DNA of 64,000 bases from NCBI GenBank assembly GCA_963704165.1, contig CAVPHD010000005.1:32001-96000 (forward strand). The letters run 5' to 3'. The translations under genes were made by a program, and so were the position numbers. Positions 8,750 to 18,749 of this stretch are shown piece after piece; position 1 is the first letter of the stretch, and each line of letters opens with the position of its first letter. The notes under the pieces were generated by a model that made no database searches, was not told the origin of the DNA, and saw nothing but the letters and a program-made list of their open reading frames with translations. Source of the DNA: an uncultured delta proteobacterium. GTDB lineage: Bacteria > Myxococcota_A > UBA9160 > SZUA-336.

Positions 8750-9709
8750 ATGCTCGAGTGGATGCCGAAGCGCGGCGTGATGAGCGGCGGTCTGCACGAG
8801 GAGATCACCCTGCCGCACGTGGGCGAATGGGACCTCTACCACAATTCCTTCTCGCTCTGTTCCAAGAAGCTGCGCATCTGCATGGCGGAGCTCGGGCTCG
8901 ACTACGAGAGCCATCCGATCGACCTGATCGAGACGGGCCGATATCAGAACCTGAGCCGCGCGTTCCGGGCCGTGAATCCCGCCGCAACGGTGCCGGTGCT
9001 CGTGCATCAGGGGCATCCCGTCTACGAATCGCACGACCAGATCGCCTACGCGGCTCTGCACGCCGCTGCGCGGGGGCGCGAACTGCTGCCCGCGGACCCC
9101 GTAGCACGGGCCCTCGTCGAGCGCTGGGTCGATTGCGCGTCCCTCGTCGGTGACGATCCGACGCGCAACACGCGGGAACGCGCAGGTCACTGCGTTCCCG
9201 GACTCACGATCCCGATCTTCGCGGCGATGGTGCGCCACATCCCGTATCGCAGGATCCTCTACGGTCTGTTCTTTCATCCGAACAAGGAGCGGCCGCTGAT
9301 CTTCGCGGCGCTGAAGGCGCGCGGAATCCACGATCTGCCCGGGTTCAAGGCGGCGATGAAGGTGCTCGTGCGGAGCCGTGAGCACATGGGTGTCCATCTC
9401 GACGCGCTCGGCGCTCAGCTCGAGAGAAGTGGTGGACCGTGGATCGCGGGTGAGAGCTTCACGCTCGCCGATGTGAGCTGGGTGGCGATCCTCGATCGGC
9501 TGGCCGAGGTCGATTGGGACGATCACTTCTTTGGCCACGGCCGCCGACCGATCGTCGCCGGGTACTGGGAACGACTGCAGAAGCGACCGAGCTACGCGCA
9601 GGCGATCGCGGGCCAGCGCTGCACGTTCACCCGTCGCGGCATGGAGGACGTGAAGCGCGCCAAGCGCGAGGACGCCGCGCTGCGCAAAGCGCTCGAAGGC
9701 ACGGCCTGA
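8750..9709 (+). CDS. Glutathione S-transferase family protein with a long insertion (GDAP1-like)
   Basis: LYHNSFSLCSKKLR, NPAATVPVL, YES; C-terminal WIAGESFTLADV; GGAGG RBS. Confidence 0.85.
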   Translation: MLEWMPKRGVMSGGLHEEITLPHVGEWDLYHNSFSLCSKKLRICMAELGLDYESHPIDLIETGRYQNLSRAFRAVNPAATVPVLVHQGHPVYESHDQIAYAALHAAARGRELLPADPVARALVERWVDCASLVGDDPTRNTRERAGHCVPGLTIPIFAAMVRHIPYRRILYGLFFHPNKERPLIFAALKARGIHDLPGFKAAMKVLVRSREHMGVHLDALGAQLERSGGPWIAGESFTLADVSWVAILDRLAEVDWDDHFFGHGRRPIVAGYWERLQKRPSYAQAIAGQRCTFTRRGMEDVKRAKREDAALRKALEGTA

Positions 9710-9731
9710 GACGAAGCACCGCGGCGCGCGT

Positions 9732-10775
9732 ATGATCGCGTCCATGTTGAAGCCGATTCAGCTCGGCCGGGAATCCGGATTGCGTGTCTCCCGGCTCTGT
9801 CTGGGGACGATGAACCTCGGCGTGCCCGGGCGGGGTCACCAGGGCGACTGGACGCTGGGCATCGACGAGGCGCGTCCGATCTTCAGGGCCGCGATCGACC
9901 GCGGCCTGTTCTACTTCGACTGCGCGGACTTCTACGGGCTCGGATCGTGCGAAGAGGTGGTCGGCAAGCTGCTCTGCGAGCTGCTCCCGCGCGACGAGTA
10001 CGTGCTCGCGACGAAGATCGCGATGCCGATGGGGCGGGGCGCCAACCAGGGCGGGCTCTCTCGCAAGCACGTGATCGAGGGCGTGGATCGCAGCCTCGCG
10101 CGGCTCGGCCACGACTACATCGATCACCTGGTGATTCACCGTCATCCGCACGGCGTCCCCGGCCAGGCGCAGGTCCCGATCGAGGAGACACTCGAGGCGC
10201 TTCACGACGTCGTGAAGGCGGGCAAGGCGCTCTACATCGGCGCGTCGTCGATGTTCGCGTGGCAGTTCGCCGAGCTCCAGCTCACGGCCGAGATGAACGG
10301 CTGGACTCGATTCATCTCGATGCAGAACCACTACAACCTCGTCTACCGCGAGGAGGAGCGCGAGATGAATCCCTACTGCGCGAAGACCGGCGTCGCTCTC
10401 ACGCCGTGGTCGCCGCTCGCGCGCGGGATTCTCGCGGGCTCGTACCGGGGTGGCTTCGATCACGGATCGACCAGTAGATCCAAGGGCGTCGATCGCATGC
10501 GCACGCAGGGTCTCTACACGGGAGCGCGGACCTTCGAGATCGCGGACCGCGTGATCGAGCTGGCCGAGAAGTACGGCAAGTCGCCGGCGCAGATCTCGGT
10601 CGCGTGGCTGCTCTCGAAGCCCGAGGTCCACGCGCCGATCGTCGGCGTCTCGAAGGTCGAGCAGATCGAACAGCTCGTGGCCGCGACGGAGATCATTCTG
10701 GACGCGGCGGACATCGCGTACCTCGAGGAGCTCTACGAGCCGGTGCCGAACCTGCTGTCGCTCGGCTTTTCCTAG
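9732..10775 (+). CDS. Aldo/keto reductase
   Basis: VSRLCLGTMN, FDCADFYG, ATK, YIGASSM, MQNHYNL, WSPLARG. Confidence 0.93.
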   Translation: MIASMLKPIQLGRESGLRVSRLCLGTMNLGVPGRGHQGDWTLGIDEARPIFRAAIDRGLFYFDCADFYGLGSCEEVVGKLLCELLPRDEYVLATKIAMPMGRGANQGGLSRKHVIEGVDRSLARLGHDYIDHLVIHRHPHGVPGQAQVPIEETLEALHDVVKAGKALYIGASSMFAWQFAELQLTAEMNGWTRFISMQNHYNLVYREEEREMNPYCAKTGVALTPWSPLARGILAGSYRGGFDHGSTSRSKGVDRMRTQGLYTGARTFEIADRVIELAEKYGKSPAQISVAWLLSKPEVHAPIVGVSKVEQIEQLVAATEIILDAADIAYLEELYEPVPNLLSLGFS

Positions 10776-11401
10776 CCGCTCCGACGCGCGAGGACGAGGT
10801 CGAGGAGCGCCGCGACACCGAAGAGCGTCAGCCCGAGGAGGAGTCGCGGATCGCCGAGGTAGATCCGCGTCTCGATCGGGAACGCGATCGTCTTCGTGAG
10901 CGCCGCCATCTTGAAGTCGTGGCGTCCGGGCATCTCCGGATTCGAGGCGATCTCCATCAGGCTGCGCCGACTCCGGTAGCGCATCAGCGCCGCGACGTCC
11001 CAGACCTCGGCGCCCTCGATCCCGGCGAGGTCCATCGCCGTGCTGACCGCGATTCCCATCGTCACCGGGTGGCACGCCCGCGTGAAGAGCTGCGGGTACA
11101 TGTGCTCCATGTAGCGATCCATGAGCTGGCTCGCCGATTCCCCGGGCTCGGCTCCGGCAACGTCCGGCGGATCCTCGTTCATGTCGAGAAGGTTGACCAT
11201 CAGGAACTGGCGGCCGGTGTCGGTCTCCATGAAACGGCGGATCCGATCGAGCCCCTCCGGCGGTGCGCCGTTCGCCTCGAGCTTCGCGATGAAGCCCGCG
11301 ATCTCGTCGGGCTGAAGCGGGCCCTTGAAGTCCGTGTACCAGAACACGAACGCGCCATAGATCAGCGCCGAGATTCCCCAGACCCAGATCCGTCGATTCA
11401 T
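10772..11401 (-). CDS. Hypothetical membrane-anchored protein (DUF1330-like core)
   Basis: N- and C-terminal TM helices; FLMVNLL and WDVAALMRYRSRR resemble the DUF1330-type ferredoxin fold. Confidence 0.65.
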   Translation of the reverse strand: MNRRIWVWGISALIYGAFVFWYTDFKGPLQPDEIAGFIAKLEANGAPPEGLDRIRRFMETDTGRQFLMVNLLDMNEDPPDVAGAEPGESASQLMDRYMEHMYPQLFTRACHPVTMGIAVSTAMDLAGIEGAEVWDVAALMRYRSRRSLMEIASNPEMPGRHDFKMAALTKTIAFPIETRIYLGDPRLLLGLTLFGVAALLDLVLARRSG

Positions 11402-11472
11402 CGCGCTGCTCCCAAGTGCTTCACGGCGCGCAGGATTATCATCCAACGACGCCAGGGGAGGTAGCCGCATTG

Positions 11473-13149
11473 GTGAAATGGATCGCCGGACTCGTGCTCT
11501 TCGTCGCGATCGCCGCCGGCGCGCTGATCTTCGCTGGACCGTCGCTCGCTCTCCGCTACCCGGTACTCCTGCGGGTCGCCTCGAGGATCATCGATCCGAT
11601 CGGCCCCAATCAGGAAGTGAGCTGGCAATCGGGACCCGCCCAACCCGCCGCCGATGCGGCGCAGCGGCCCCCGAACATCGTCTTCATCCTCGTCGACGAT
11701 CTGGGCTGGAACGATCTGACCTGGAACGGTGGGGGCTTCGCCGCCGGCAGCGTGCCGACTCCACGCATCGACTCACTCGCCCGAGAGGGCGCGCAGTTCA
11801 CGATGGGCTACGCGGGAAACGCGACGTGCGCGCCGTCCCGCGCCGCGCTCCTGACCGGACGGTATCCGCCGCGTTTCGGCTTCGAATCCACGCCCGCGCC
11901 GTCGTCGATGGGAAGGATCGGGCTCGAGGCGATTGGACCGGAGATTCCGGAAGGCCGACCGCGCTCGATCTACCACGAGGACCGCGTGTCCGAGGTCCCG
12001 CCGATGTGGAAGCAGGGGGTTCCCGGCTCCGAGATCACGATCGCCGAGCTTCTGCAATCGCACGGATACCGGACATTGATGCTCGGCAAGTGGCACCTCG
12101 GGGCGACCGCCGGCCAGCTCCCGACCGATCAGGGCTTCGACGAGTTCCTCGGCTTCTACGACGGCGCTTCGCTGTACGGCGACGAGGACGATCCGGCGAT
12201 CGTCAGCGCGCGGCAGGAGTTCGATCCGATCGACGTGTTCATCTGGAAGCTGCTTCCGTTCGCGGTTCGCAAGGACGCGGGAAAGCGCTTCACGCCGGAC
12301 GCGTACATGACCGACTACTTGTCGGCGGAGGCCGTGAAGGCGATCGGTGCGAATCGCGATCGGCCGTTCTTCCTGTACCTCGCCTACAACGCGCCGCACA
12401 CACCGCTGCAGGCGACGAAGGCCGACTACGACGCGCTCGCGCACATCGACGATTACGCGCAGCGCGTCTACGGCGCGATGCTGCGTTCGCTCGACCGCGG
12501 CGTCGGCCAGGTGCTCGACGCTCTGCGCTCGAACGGACTCGAGGAGAACACGCTGGTCGTGTTCTCGAGCGACAACGGCGGCGCGCACTACGTGGGCATC
12601 CCGGGTCTCAATGAGCCGTACCGTGGCTGGAAGATGACGTTCTTCGAGGGCGGACTTCACTCGCCGTTCTTCGTGAAGTGGCCGGCGCGGATTCCCGCGG
12701 GAACACGCAGCGCCACGCCCGTCTCGCACATCGATCTCTTCACCACCGCCGCATCCGCTGCGCGCGTGCCGCTTCCCGACGACCGAGTGATCGATGGCGC
12801 CGATCTCGTTCCGTTCGCAGCGGGCGAGAGATCCGGCGACGCGCACGAGGCGCTCTTCTGGCGCTCGGGCGATCTTCGGACCGTCCTTTCGGGCGGCTGG
12901 AAGTTGACCGTCGATGGCCGGCAGAAGAAGCGCTGGCTCTTCGACCTCGAAACCGATCCGACGGAGCGGATCGATCGCTCCGAGGAGAAGCCCGAGATCG
13001 CGAGCGCCCTCGCCGCGAAGCTCGACGCGCACGACCGCGAGATCGGCCCGCGAAGCTTCCCCGTGCTGGTGGAGGCCGTCATCCCGATCGATCGGACGAT
13101 TCTCGGGCCGTGGGTTCCGGGCGAGGACTTCAACTACTGGCCGAACTAG
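11473..13149 (+). CDS. Sulfatase (Cys-type, exported or membrane-anchored)
   Basis: PNIVFILVDDLG, CAPSRAALLTG, GKWHLG, SSDNG; N-terminal TM; GGAGG RBS. Confidence 0.93.
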   Translation: MKWIAGLVLFVAIAAGALIFAGPSLALRYPVLLRVASRIIDPIGPNQEVSWQSGPAQPAADAAQRPPNIVFILVDDLGWNDLTWNGGGFAAGSVPTPRIDSLAREGAQFTMGYAGNATCAPSRAALLTGRYPPRFGFESTPAPSSMGRIGLEAIGPEIPEGRPRSIYHEDRVSEVPPMWKQGVPGSEITIAELLQSHGYRTLMLGKWHLGATAGQLPTDQGFDEFLGFYDGASLYGDEDDPAIVSARQEFDPIDVFIWKLLPFAVRKDAGKRFTPDAYMTDYLSAEAVKAIGANRDRPFFLYLAYNAPHTPLQATKADYDALAHIDDYAQRVYGAMLRSLDRGVGQVLDALRSNGLEENTLVVFSSDNGGAHYVGIPGLNEPYRGWKMTFFEGGLHSPFFVKWPARIPAGTRSATPVSHIDLFTTAASAARVPLPDDRVIDGADLVPFAAGERSGDAHEALFWRSGDLRTVLSGGWKLTVDGRQKKRWLFDLETDPTERIDRSEEKPEIASALAAKLDAHDREIGPRSFPVLVEAVIPIDRTILGPWVPGEDFNYWPN

Positions 13150-15440
13150 CGGTCTCCGTTCTTCGCTTCGCCGGACTCGCTCTCCTCGGGCGAATCGGAG
13201 GCCTCGGGAATCGGCTCCGGCTCGTCGTCCGAGATCGGCACGTCCTCGGCGGCGGCGACGAGTGCCACGACCGGAAGCCGCTCGAGAAGTTCATCGATTC
13301 CGACGCCGAACGGATCCTCGGGACGCATGCCGGGTAGCCGCAGCGGCATGAAGACCAGTGCAGCGTCGGCGGATCGCGAGACGACGGCTTCGAGGTCGGG
13401 ATCGGCCACGCTCTCGACGGAGGCGTCGATGCGGCTCTCTTCGAGTCGGCGCTCGGCATTCGCCGTCGTGCGCTCCTCCTTGCCGGACCGGGTCGGCACG
13501 AGCACGCGGATCACGGCTTCGTCCCAGCTCTCGTTTCGCGTCATCAGGTACGCGAGCAGGAGCGTCAGACGCGATGACTCGTCGTCGAAGAACCAGACGT
13601 CGATGCGACGCTTCTCGTTCGGAAGCTCGAGCATCCGATCCCAGCTCGATTCGGTCGCCTCGAGAACGGCCACGCTGCGTCCCAGCCGTAGCGCCTGGCC
13701 GAGATTCCGGCCGTACCAGAGCGCGGAGCTCGTCGCTCCGTTTGCGGCGCTCTGCGTCCAGTTGGCGACGACCAGGTTCGATCGGATCGGCCCCGCTCCC
13801 CAGCTCTGGAGCACGGCTCCGAGTCCCTCGCGCAGATTCCGGACCGTGACCGCGAGTGGATAGGCTTCGACCTCGAGCTCCTCGATCTCCGCGCGGAGAG
13901 CTCGCTCCGCCTCGAGCGCGGGCGCGGGCGAATACTGCCCGGCGCTCTCGGTCTCGATCACCTGCGCCGCGGTCACGAGTCCCGCGCCGCCGGAGATCCA
14001 CGACGAGAAACGCAAGACCCGGGAGCGACGCTCCGCGCTGTCGGTGAAGACGATGATCTGCGGCTGCCACTCCTCCGGTTGTCCCTCGCGCGACGCAAGC
14101 TCGCGAAGATCTTCGCGAACCCGGCGGAATCGGTAGGCCTGTCGGCTGTCACGCCAGCGCGCGGGTACGGCGGTCCTCCGCACGTACTGGTACACCGCGG
14201 CCAGGATCGAGACCGCGATCGCGCCGGAGATCGGATCGATCGCGAGCATCGCGGCACCGCAGAGCACCAGGCCGAGCAGGCTCGCGCGCGCGTGGAAGAA
14301 CCGGAAGCGCGGCCGGAAACTCGGGCTCGCCGCACGGGCCTCGATGTAGGTCGAGTAGTTCAGGAGCCCATACGAAATCAGGAAGAACATCGATACCAGC
14401 GCCGCGATCGAGTTCAGGTTGCCCGCAGCGATCGTCACCAGCGCGATCGCGCCGGTGAGCAGCACCGCGCGGCGGGGGTTCTGCGACGCGCCCGAGCCCT
14501 TGGCGAACACGCTCAGGCTCGAGAACACCCCGTCGCGTGCGAGCGCTTGCAGAATGCGCGGCGCTCCGAGCAGCGAAGCGAGCGCCGAGGAGAGCGTCGC
14601 CGAGAGTACGCCGGCGTCGACGAGCCAGCTCTGCGAAGCGAGGCTGCGCATCGCGCCGGTGTCGCCACCGAGCGATTCGGCCGGGAGCGCGCCGCCGAGC
14701 ACGACGATCGCCGCCAGGTAGACCACGGTCGAGAGACCGACGGCGAGGAACGTGCCCAGAGGCAGGCTCCGTCCGGGGTCACGCAGCTCGCCCGACATGC
14801 TGACGCCCTGCGTGAAGCCGGTCACCGCGGGAAAGAAAATCGCGAAGAGCGGCCAGAAGCCGAGCCCGTCGGCGGGCGCGCGCCAGTTCCGTGCCAGGAC
14901 ATCGGCATCGAAGCGTCCGACTCCGCCGAGGAAGAACGAGACCAGCGCCAGAATCAGGATCGCCATGATCACGAACTGGAATCGCGTGGCGAGATCTGCG
15001 CCCGCGAACGCGAGCGCGAGCAGCATGACGCCCGCGGATGCGGCGGCGATCGTGGCGACGCCAGCGGAGCTCGAGCCGAGCATCGTCGCAACGCCTTCGC
15101 CAAACCCGATGCAGTAGAACGCGGCCGAGAACGCCTGCGCGGCGAAGAGCAGCAGTCCGAGCGCGCCACCCGCGGCGATACCGAGGCTGCGTGAGATCAG
15201 ATAGTAGTCGCCGCCTGCCCGTACCTTGCGGTTGGTCGCGATCGCCGCGAGAGAGAGGCTCGTCGTCACCGAGATCGAGGTGGCGAGGGCCAGGATGCCC
15301 AGCGTTTCGATCAACCCCCCGCGGCCGATCACGAACCCCAGGCGCAAGAAGAGAACCAAACCGAGGATCGTCAGGATGCTCGGCGTGAAGACCCCGCCAA
15401 ACGTCCCGAGCCGCCCGCGCCCGCTTCCGCTCCGACTCAT
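13146..15440 (-). CDS. Amino acid permease / cation-chloride cotransporter (SLC12-like)
   Basis: LGTFGGVFTPSILTILG, GGDYYLISRSLG, FAIFFPAVTG, SPSFRPRFRFF; CCC-like C-terminal domain (WQPQI, IDVW). Confidence 0.9.
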   Translation of the reverse strand: MSRSGSGRGRLGTFGGVFTPSILTILGLVLFLRLGFVIGRGGLIETLGILALATSISVTTSLSLAAIATNRKVRAGGDYYLISRSLGIAAGGALGLLLFAAQAFSAAFYCIGFGEGVATMLGSSSAGVATIAAASAGVMLLALAFAGADLATRFQFVIMAILILALVSFFLGGVGRFDADVLARNWRAPADGLGFWPLFAIFFPAVTGFTQGVSMSGELRDPGRSLPLGTFLAVGLSTVVYLAAIVVLGGALPAESLGGDTGAMRSLASQSWLVDAGVLSATLSSALASLLGAPRILQALARDGVFSSLSVFAKGSGASQNPRRAVLLTGAIALVTIAAGNLNSIAALVSMFFLISYGLLNYSTYIEARAASPSFRPRFRFFHARASLLGLVLCGAAMLAIDPISGAIAVSILAAVYQYVRRTAVPARWRDSRQAYRFRRVREDLRELASREGQPEEWQPQIIVFTDSAERRSRVLRFSSWISGGAGLVTAAQVIETESAGQYSPAPALEAERALRAEIEELEVEAYPLAVTVRNLREGLGAVLQSWGAGPIRSNLVVANWTQSAANGATSSALWYGRNLGQALRLGRSVAVLEATESSWDRMLELPNEKRRIDVWFFDDESSRLTLLLAYLMTRNESWDEAVIRVLVPTRSGKEERTTANAERRLEESRIDASVESVADPDLEAVVSRSADAALVFMPLRLPGMRPEDPFGVGIDELLERLPVVALVAAAEDVPISDDEPEPIPEASDSPEESESGEAKNGDR

Positions 15441-15526
15441 CGCACGGCCCCCGACGCACTTGCCGTGCGGACCCTATCACCCTCCGCACGGCCGCGCCGC
15501 ACGATGAACGGCTCGGCGAGGACGAC

Positions 15527-16375
15527 TCAGGTCAGTGCGGGAAGCGCGACCAGACACTCCAGCGCCACCGTGAGCGCGGTCGTGGTTCTCGCGGCGGCGG
15601 CCACCAGCCAGCGATGTGCGCCGGCGACGCGGAAGCCCAGTCGTCGATACAGAGGCTCGCCCATCCGGGTCGCCTGCAACGTGACGATGCGAGCCCCGGC
15701 TTCGAAGGCCGCGTTCGCCGCCGCGCGCGTACAGGCTTCGCCGTAGCCGCGACTCCGCGCGTCTTCGCGTGTTCCCACCCAGTAGATGCCTCCGACCTCG
15801 GCGGTCTGCAGCAACATCGCGGTCGAGACCGGCTCGTCGCCGCGATAGACGACGAAGACGGCGTTCTGTGGTTCGAGCGCGCGGTCCGGACGTCCGTAGA
15901 TCGCATCGACCTCTTCCGCGGAGAAGGCGAGTGACTGGTAGGCATCGCGATTCACCGCGGCCGCATCTCGGATCCCCGGTTCGTTCTTCACGCGCACGAG
16001 TCTCGATCCATCGGTCAATGGCTTCGTGCTGAGCGGCGCGGAGAGCACCATCCATGGTGACTCGGTGATCTGCCGCAGGCCCTGCGCCGACGCTTCGCGT
16101 TCGAGGTCTTCGTCGGCGGGAACGCGAGTCCAGAGCGTGTAGCCGCGCTCCTGGTCGCCGAAGAACCCTCGCACGCGTTCGAGCAGGAGCGAGGCGGGCG
16201 TTCGGGGATCGACGCGGATGGCGCAGTTGGAATAGCCGAGAGGGGAATCGCTCGCCCCCGAGACGAGCAGAATGCCGTCCTCTTCGAGGCAGAGCGCGCC
16301 CTGTTGCCAGCGCGCGAACTCGCGGATCGACTCGAACAGGTTCAAGTCCAAAAGGCGCGGATCGACATCGGCCAT
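15527..16375 (-). CDS. GNAT family N-acetyltransferase
   Basis: GIYWVGTREDARSRGYG and LQATRMGEPLYRRLGF motifs. Confidence 0.85.
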   Translation of the reverse strand: MADVDPRLLDLNLFESIREFARWQQGALCLEEDGILLVSGASDSPLGYSNCAIRVDPRTPASLLLERVRGFFGDQERGYTLWTRVPADEDLEREASAQGLRQITESPWMVLSAPLSTKPLTDGSRLVRVKNEPGIRDAAAVNRDAYQSLAFSAEEVDAIYGRPDRALEPQNAVFVVYRGDEPVSTAMLLQTAEVGGIYWVGTREDARSRGYGEACTRAAANAAFEAGARIVTLQATRMGEPLYRRLGFRVAGAHRWLVAAAARTTTALTVALECLVALPALT

Positions 16376-16482
16376 ACAGATTGGAGTGTAACACCCGCGG
16401 AAGTGGAGCCGAGACTCGGAATCCGGGAATCGCGGCGGCTCGAGCGGTAGACTCGATGATCTGGATTTCCGGAGGCACGAAA

Positions 16483-18742
16483 GTGGACGCTTCCCGCGTG
16501 AGTTCTGAAGGAAATGCACTTTCGCGCGCGGTCCTCTCCGCGCTCGAGCGGATCTTTCCGAAACTCGGCCAGACCGAGCGCGAGGCGCTCGAGGCCGGCA
16601 CGGTCGGCTGGGACGGTGAGCTCTTCTCGGGCGCCCCCGATTGGCAGAGCCTGCTCGACACGCCCGTGCGCGGCCTGTCCGCCGAAGAGCAGGCGTTTCT
16701 CGACGGTCCGGTCGAGGAGCTCTGCCGGCGTCTCGACGATTGGCAGATCTTCCTCGACGGAGATCTCCCGCCGCGCGTTTGGAGTCTTCTGCGCGAGCAG
16801 CGTTTTTTCGGGATGATCATTCCGAAGGAGTGGGGTGGGCTCGGATTCTCGGCCGCCGCGCACTCGGCCGTCGTGGTGAAGCTCGCGAGCCGCTGCGTCG
16901 CGTGCGCCGTCACGGTGATGGTGCCGAACTCGCTCGGGCCCGCGGAGCTTCTGCTCCACTACGGAACCGACGAGCAGCGCCGGAGCTACCTGCCGAGGCT
17001 CGCGCGCGGCGAGGAGATCCCCTGCTTCGCGCTCACGGGCCCGAAGCGGGAAGCGATGCCGCGGCGATGCAGAGCGTCGGCGTCGTCTGCCGCGGGACAT
17101 TCGAGGGAAGAGAGGTGCTCGGCATCCGCCTGCGCTGGCGCAAGCGCTACATCACGCTGGCGCCGGTCGCGACGCTGATCGGCCTCGCCTTCCGGCTGCG
17201 TCGATCCCGAGCACCTGCTCGGGCGAGACGGACGATCTCGGCATCACCTGCGCGCTCTTGCCCGCCCGGCTTCCCGGGATCGAGATCGGGCGGCGACACG
17301 ATCCGCTCGGGATCCCGTTCATGAACGGACCGATCGTCGGCGACGACGTGTTCGTGCCGCTCGACTTCATCATCGGCGGGCGCGAGCGCGCGGGCCAGGG
17401 CTGGCGGATGCTGATGGAGAGCCTCGCCGCAGGCCGCTCGATCTCGCTTCCGTCGCTCGCGGTCGGCGGCGCGAAGGTCGCGACGCGCGTCGTCTCCGCG
17501 TACGCGATGGTGCGCGAGCAGTTCGACACGCCGATCGGGCGCTTCGAGGGCGTCGAGGAGCCGATCGCGCGGATCGCCGGCCTCACCTACCTGATGGATG
17601 CCACGCGAAGGCTCACCGTCGCTTACGTCGATGCGGGCGAGAAGCCCGCCGTGCTCTCGGCGATCGCGAAGGCCTACCTGACCGATGCGATGCGCGCGGT
17701 GGTGAACGACGCGATGGACGTGCGCGCCGGCGCCGCGATCCAGCGCGGGCCGCGCAACGTGCTCGCCCGCGCGCACGCCGCCGCGCCGATCGGGATCACC
17801 GTCGAGGGCGCGAACATCCTGACGCGCTCGATGATCATCTACGGTCAGGGAGCGATCCGCTGCCACCCCTACGCGCTCGAGGAGATCCGCGCCGATCGAG
17901 GCCGGGGATCTGCGGCGCTTCGTCGCGCGCTTTCCTCGGCCACACGGGATTCCTGCTGCGCACGACCGCGCGCGCCTTCGGCCTCGCGCTCTCGAACGGC
18001 CGACTCGCGGGTCGCAGGCCGCCGGGAAGCACGCGGCGGCTCTTCGGTCGTCTGGCGCGGCTCAGGGCGGCCTTCGCGCTCGTCTCCGACGCCGCGATGA
18101 TCACGCTGGGCGGCGAACTGAAACGCCGCGAGAAGATCACGGGGCGACTCGCCGACGTGTTGGCCTGGTGCTACCTCGCGTCGGCCGCGCTCAAGCGCTT
18201 CCACGACGAGGGCTCGAAGCCGACGGATCTCCCGCTCGTCGAGTGGGGCTGCGAGACGGCGTTCGAGCGCGCCGAGGCCGCGCTCGCGGCGATCGTGCGC
18301 AACCTGCCGAATCGGCCGGCGGCGTGGCTGCTGCACGTGCTCGTGCTGCCGCTGGGACGGCGTCTGCACGGGCCGAGCGATGCGCTCGGCGCAGAGGTCG
18401 CGCGCGTCGTTCTCGACGACGCGGAGGCTCGCGATCGGCTCACCGCCGGGATCCACCTGCCGTCCGCCGACGAGCCCGGGCTCGGAATGCTCGATGCCGC
18501 GCTGCGTCGAGGCGGCCGCGGCGCTCCCGATCGAAGCGAAGCTTCGTCGCGCGGTGCGCGACGGCACGCTGGAGCACGCGCCGGGGGACGCGCTCGAAGC
18601 CGAAGCGCGCAGGATCGGGCTGCTCTCGGACGAGGAGCTCGAGCTCCTGCGCAGCGCCGACCGCGCGCGAGACGAGGTGATCCAGGTAGACGCCTTCGCG
18701 CCCGACGACTTCCCGCGAGCGAGACGCGCGCGCGATTCGTGA
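16483..18742 (+). CDS. fadE: Acyl-CoA dehydrogenase FadE type (C-terminal DUF1974), broken by at least 6 indels
   Basis: Pieces in successive frames: [93 protein letters not shown]. Shifts near 17042, 17200, 17221, 17893, 17925 and 18505. Confidence 0.85.
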
Positions 18743-18749
18743 TTTCCGC

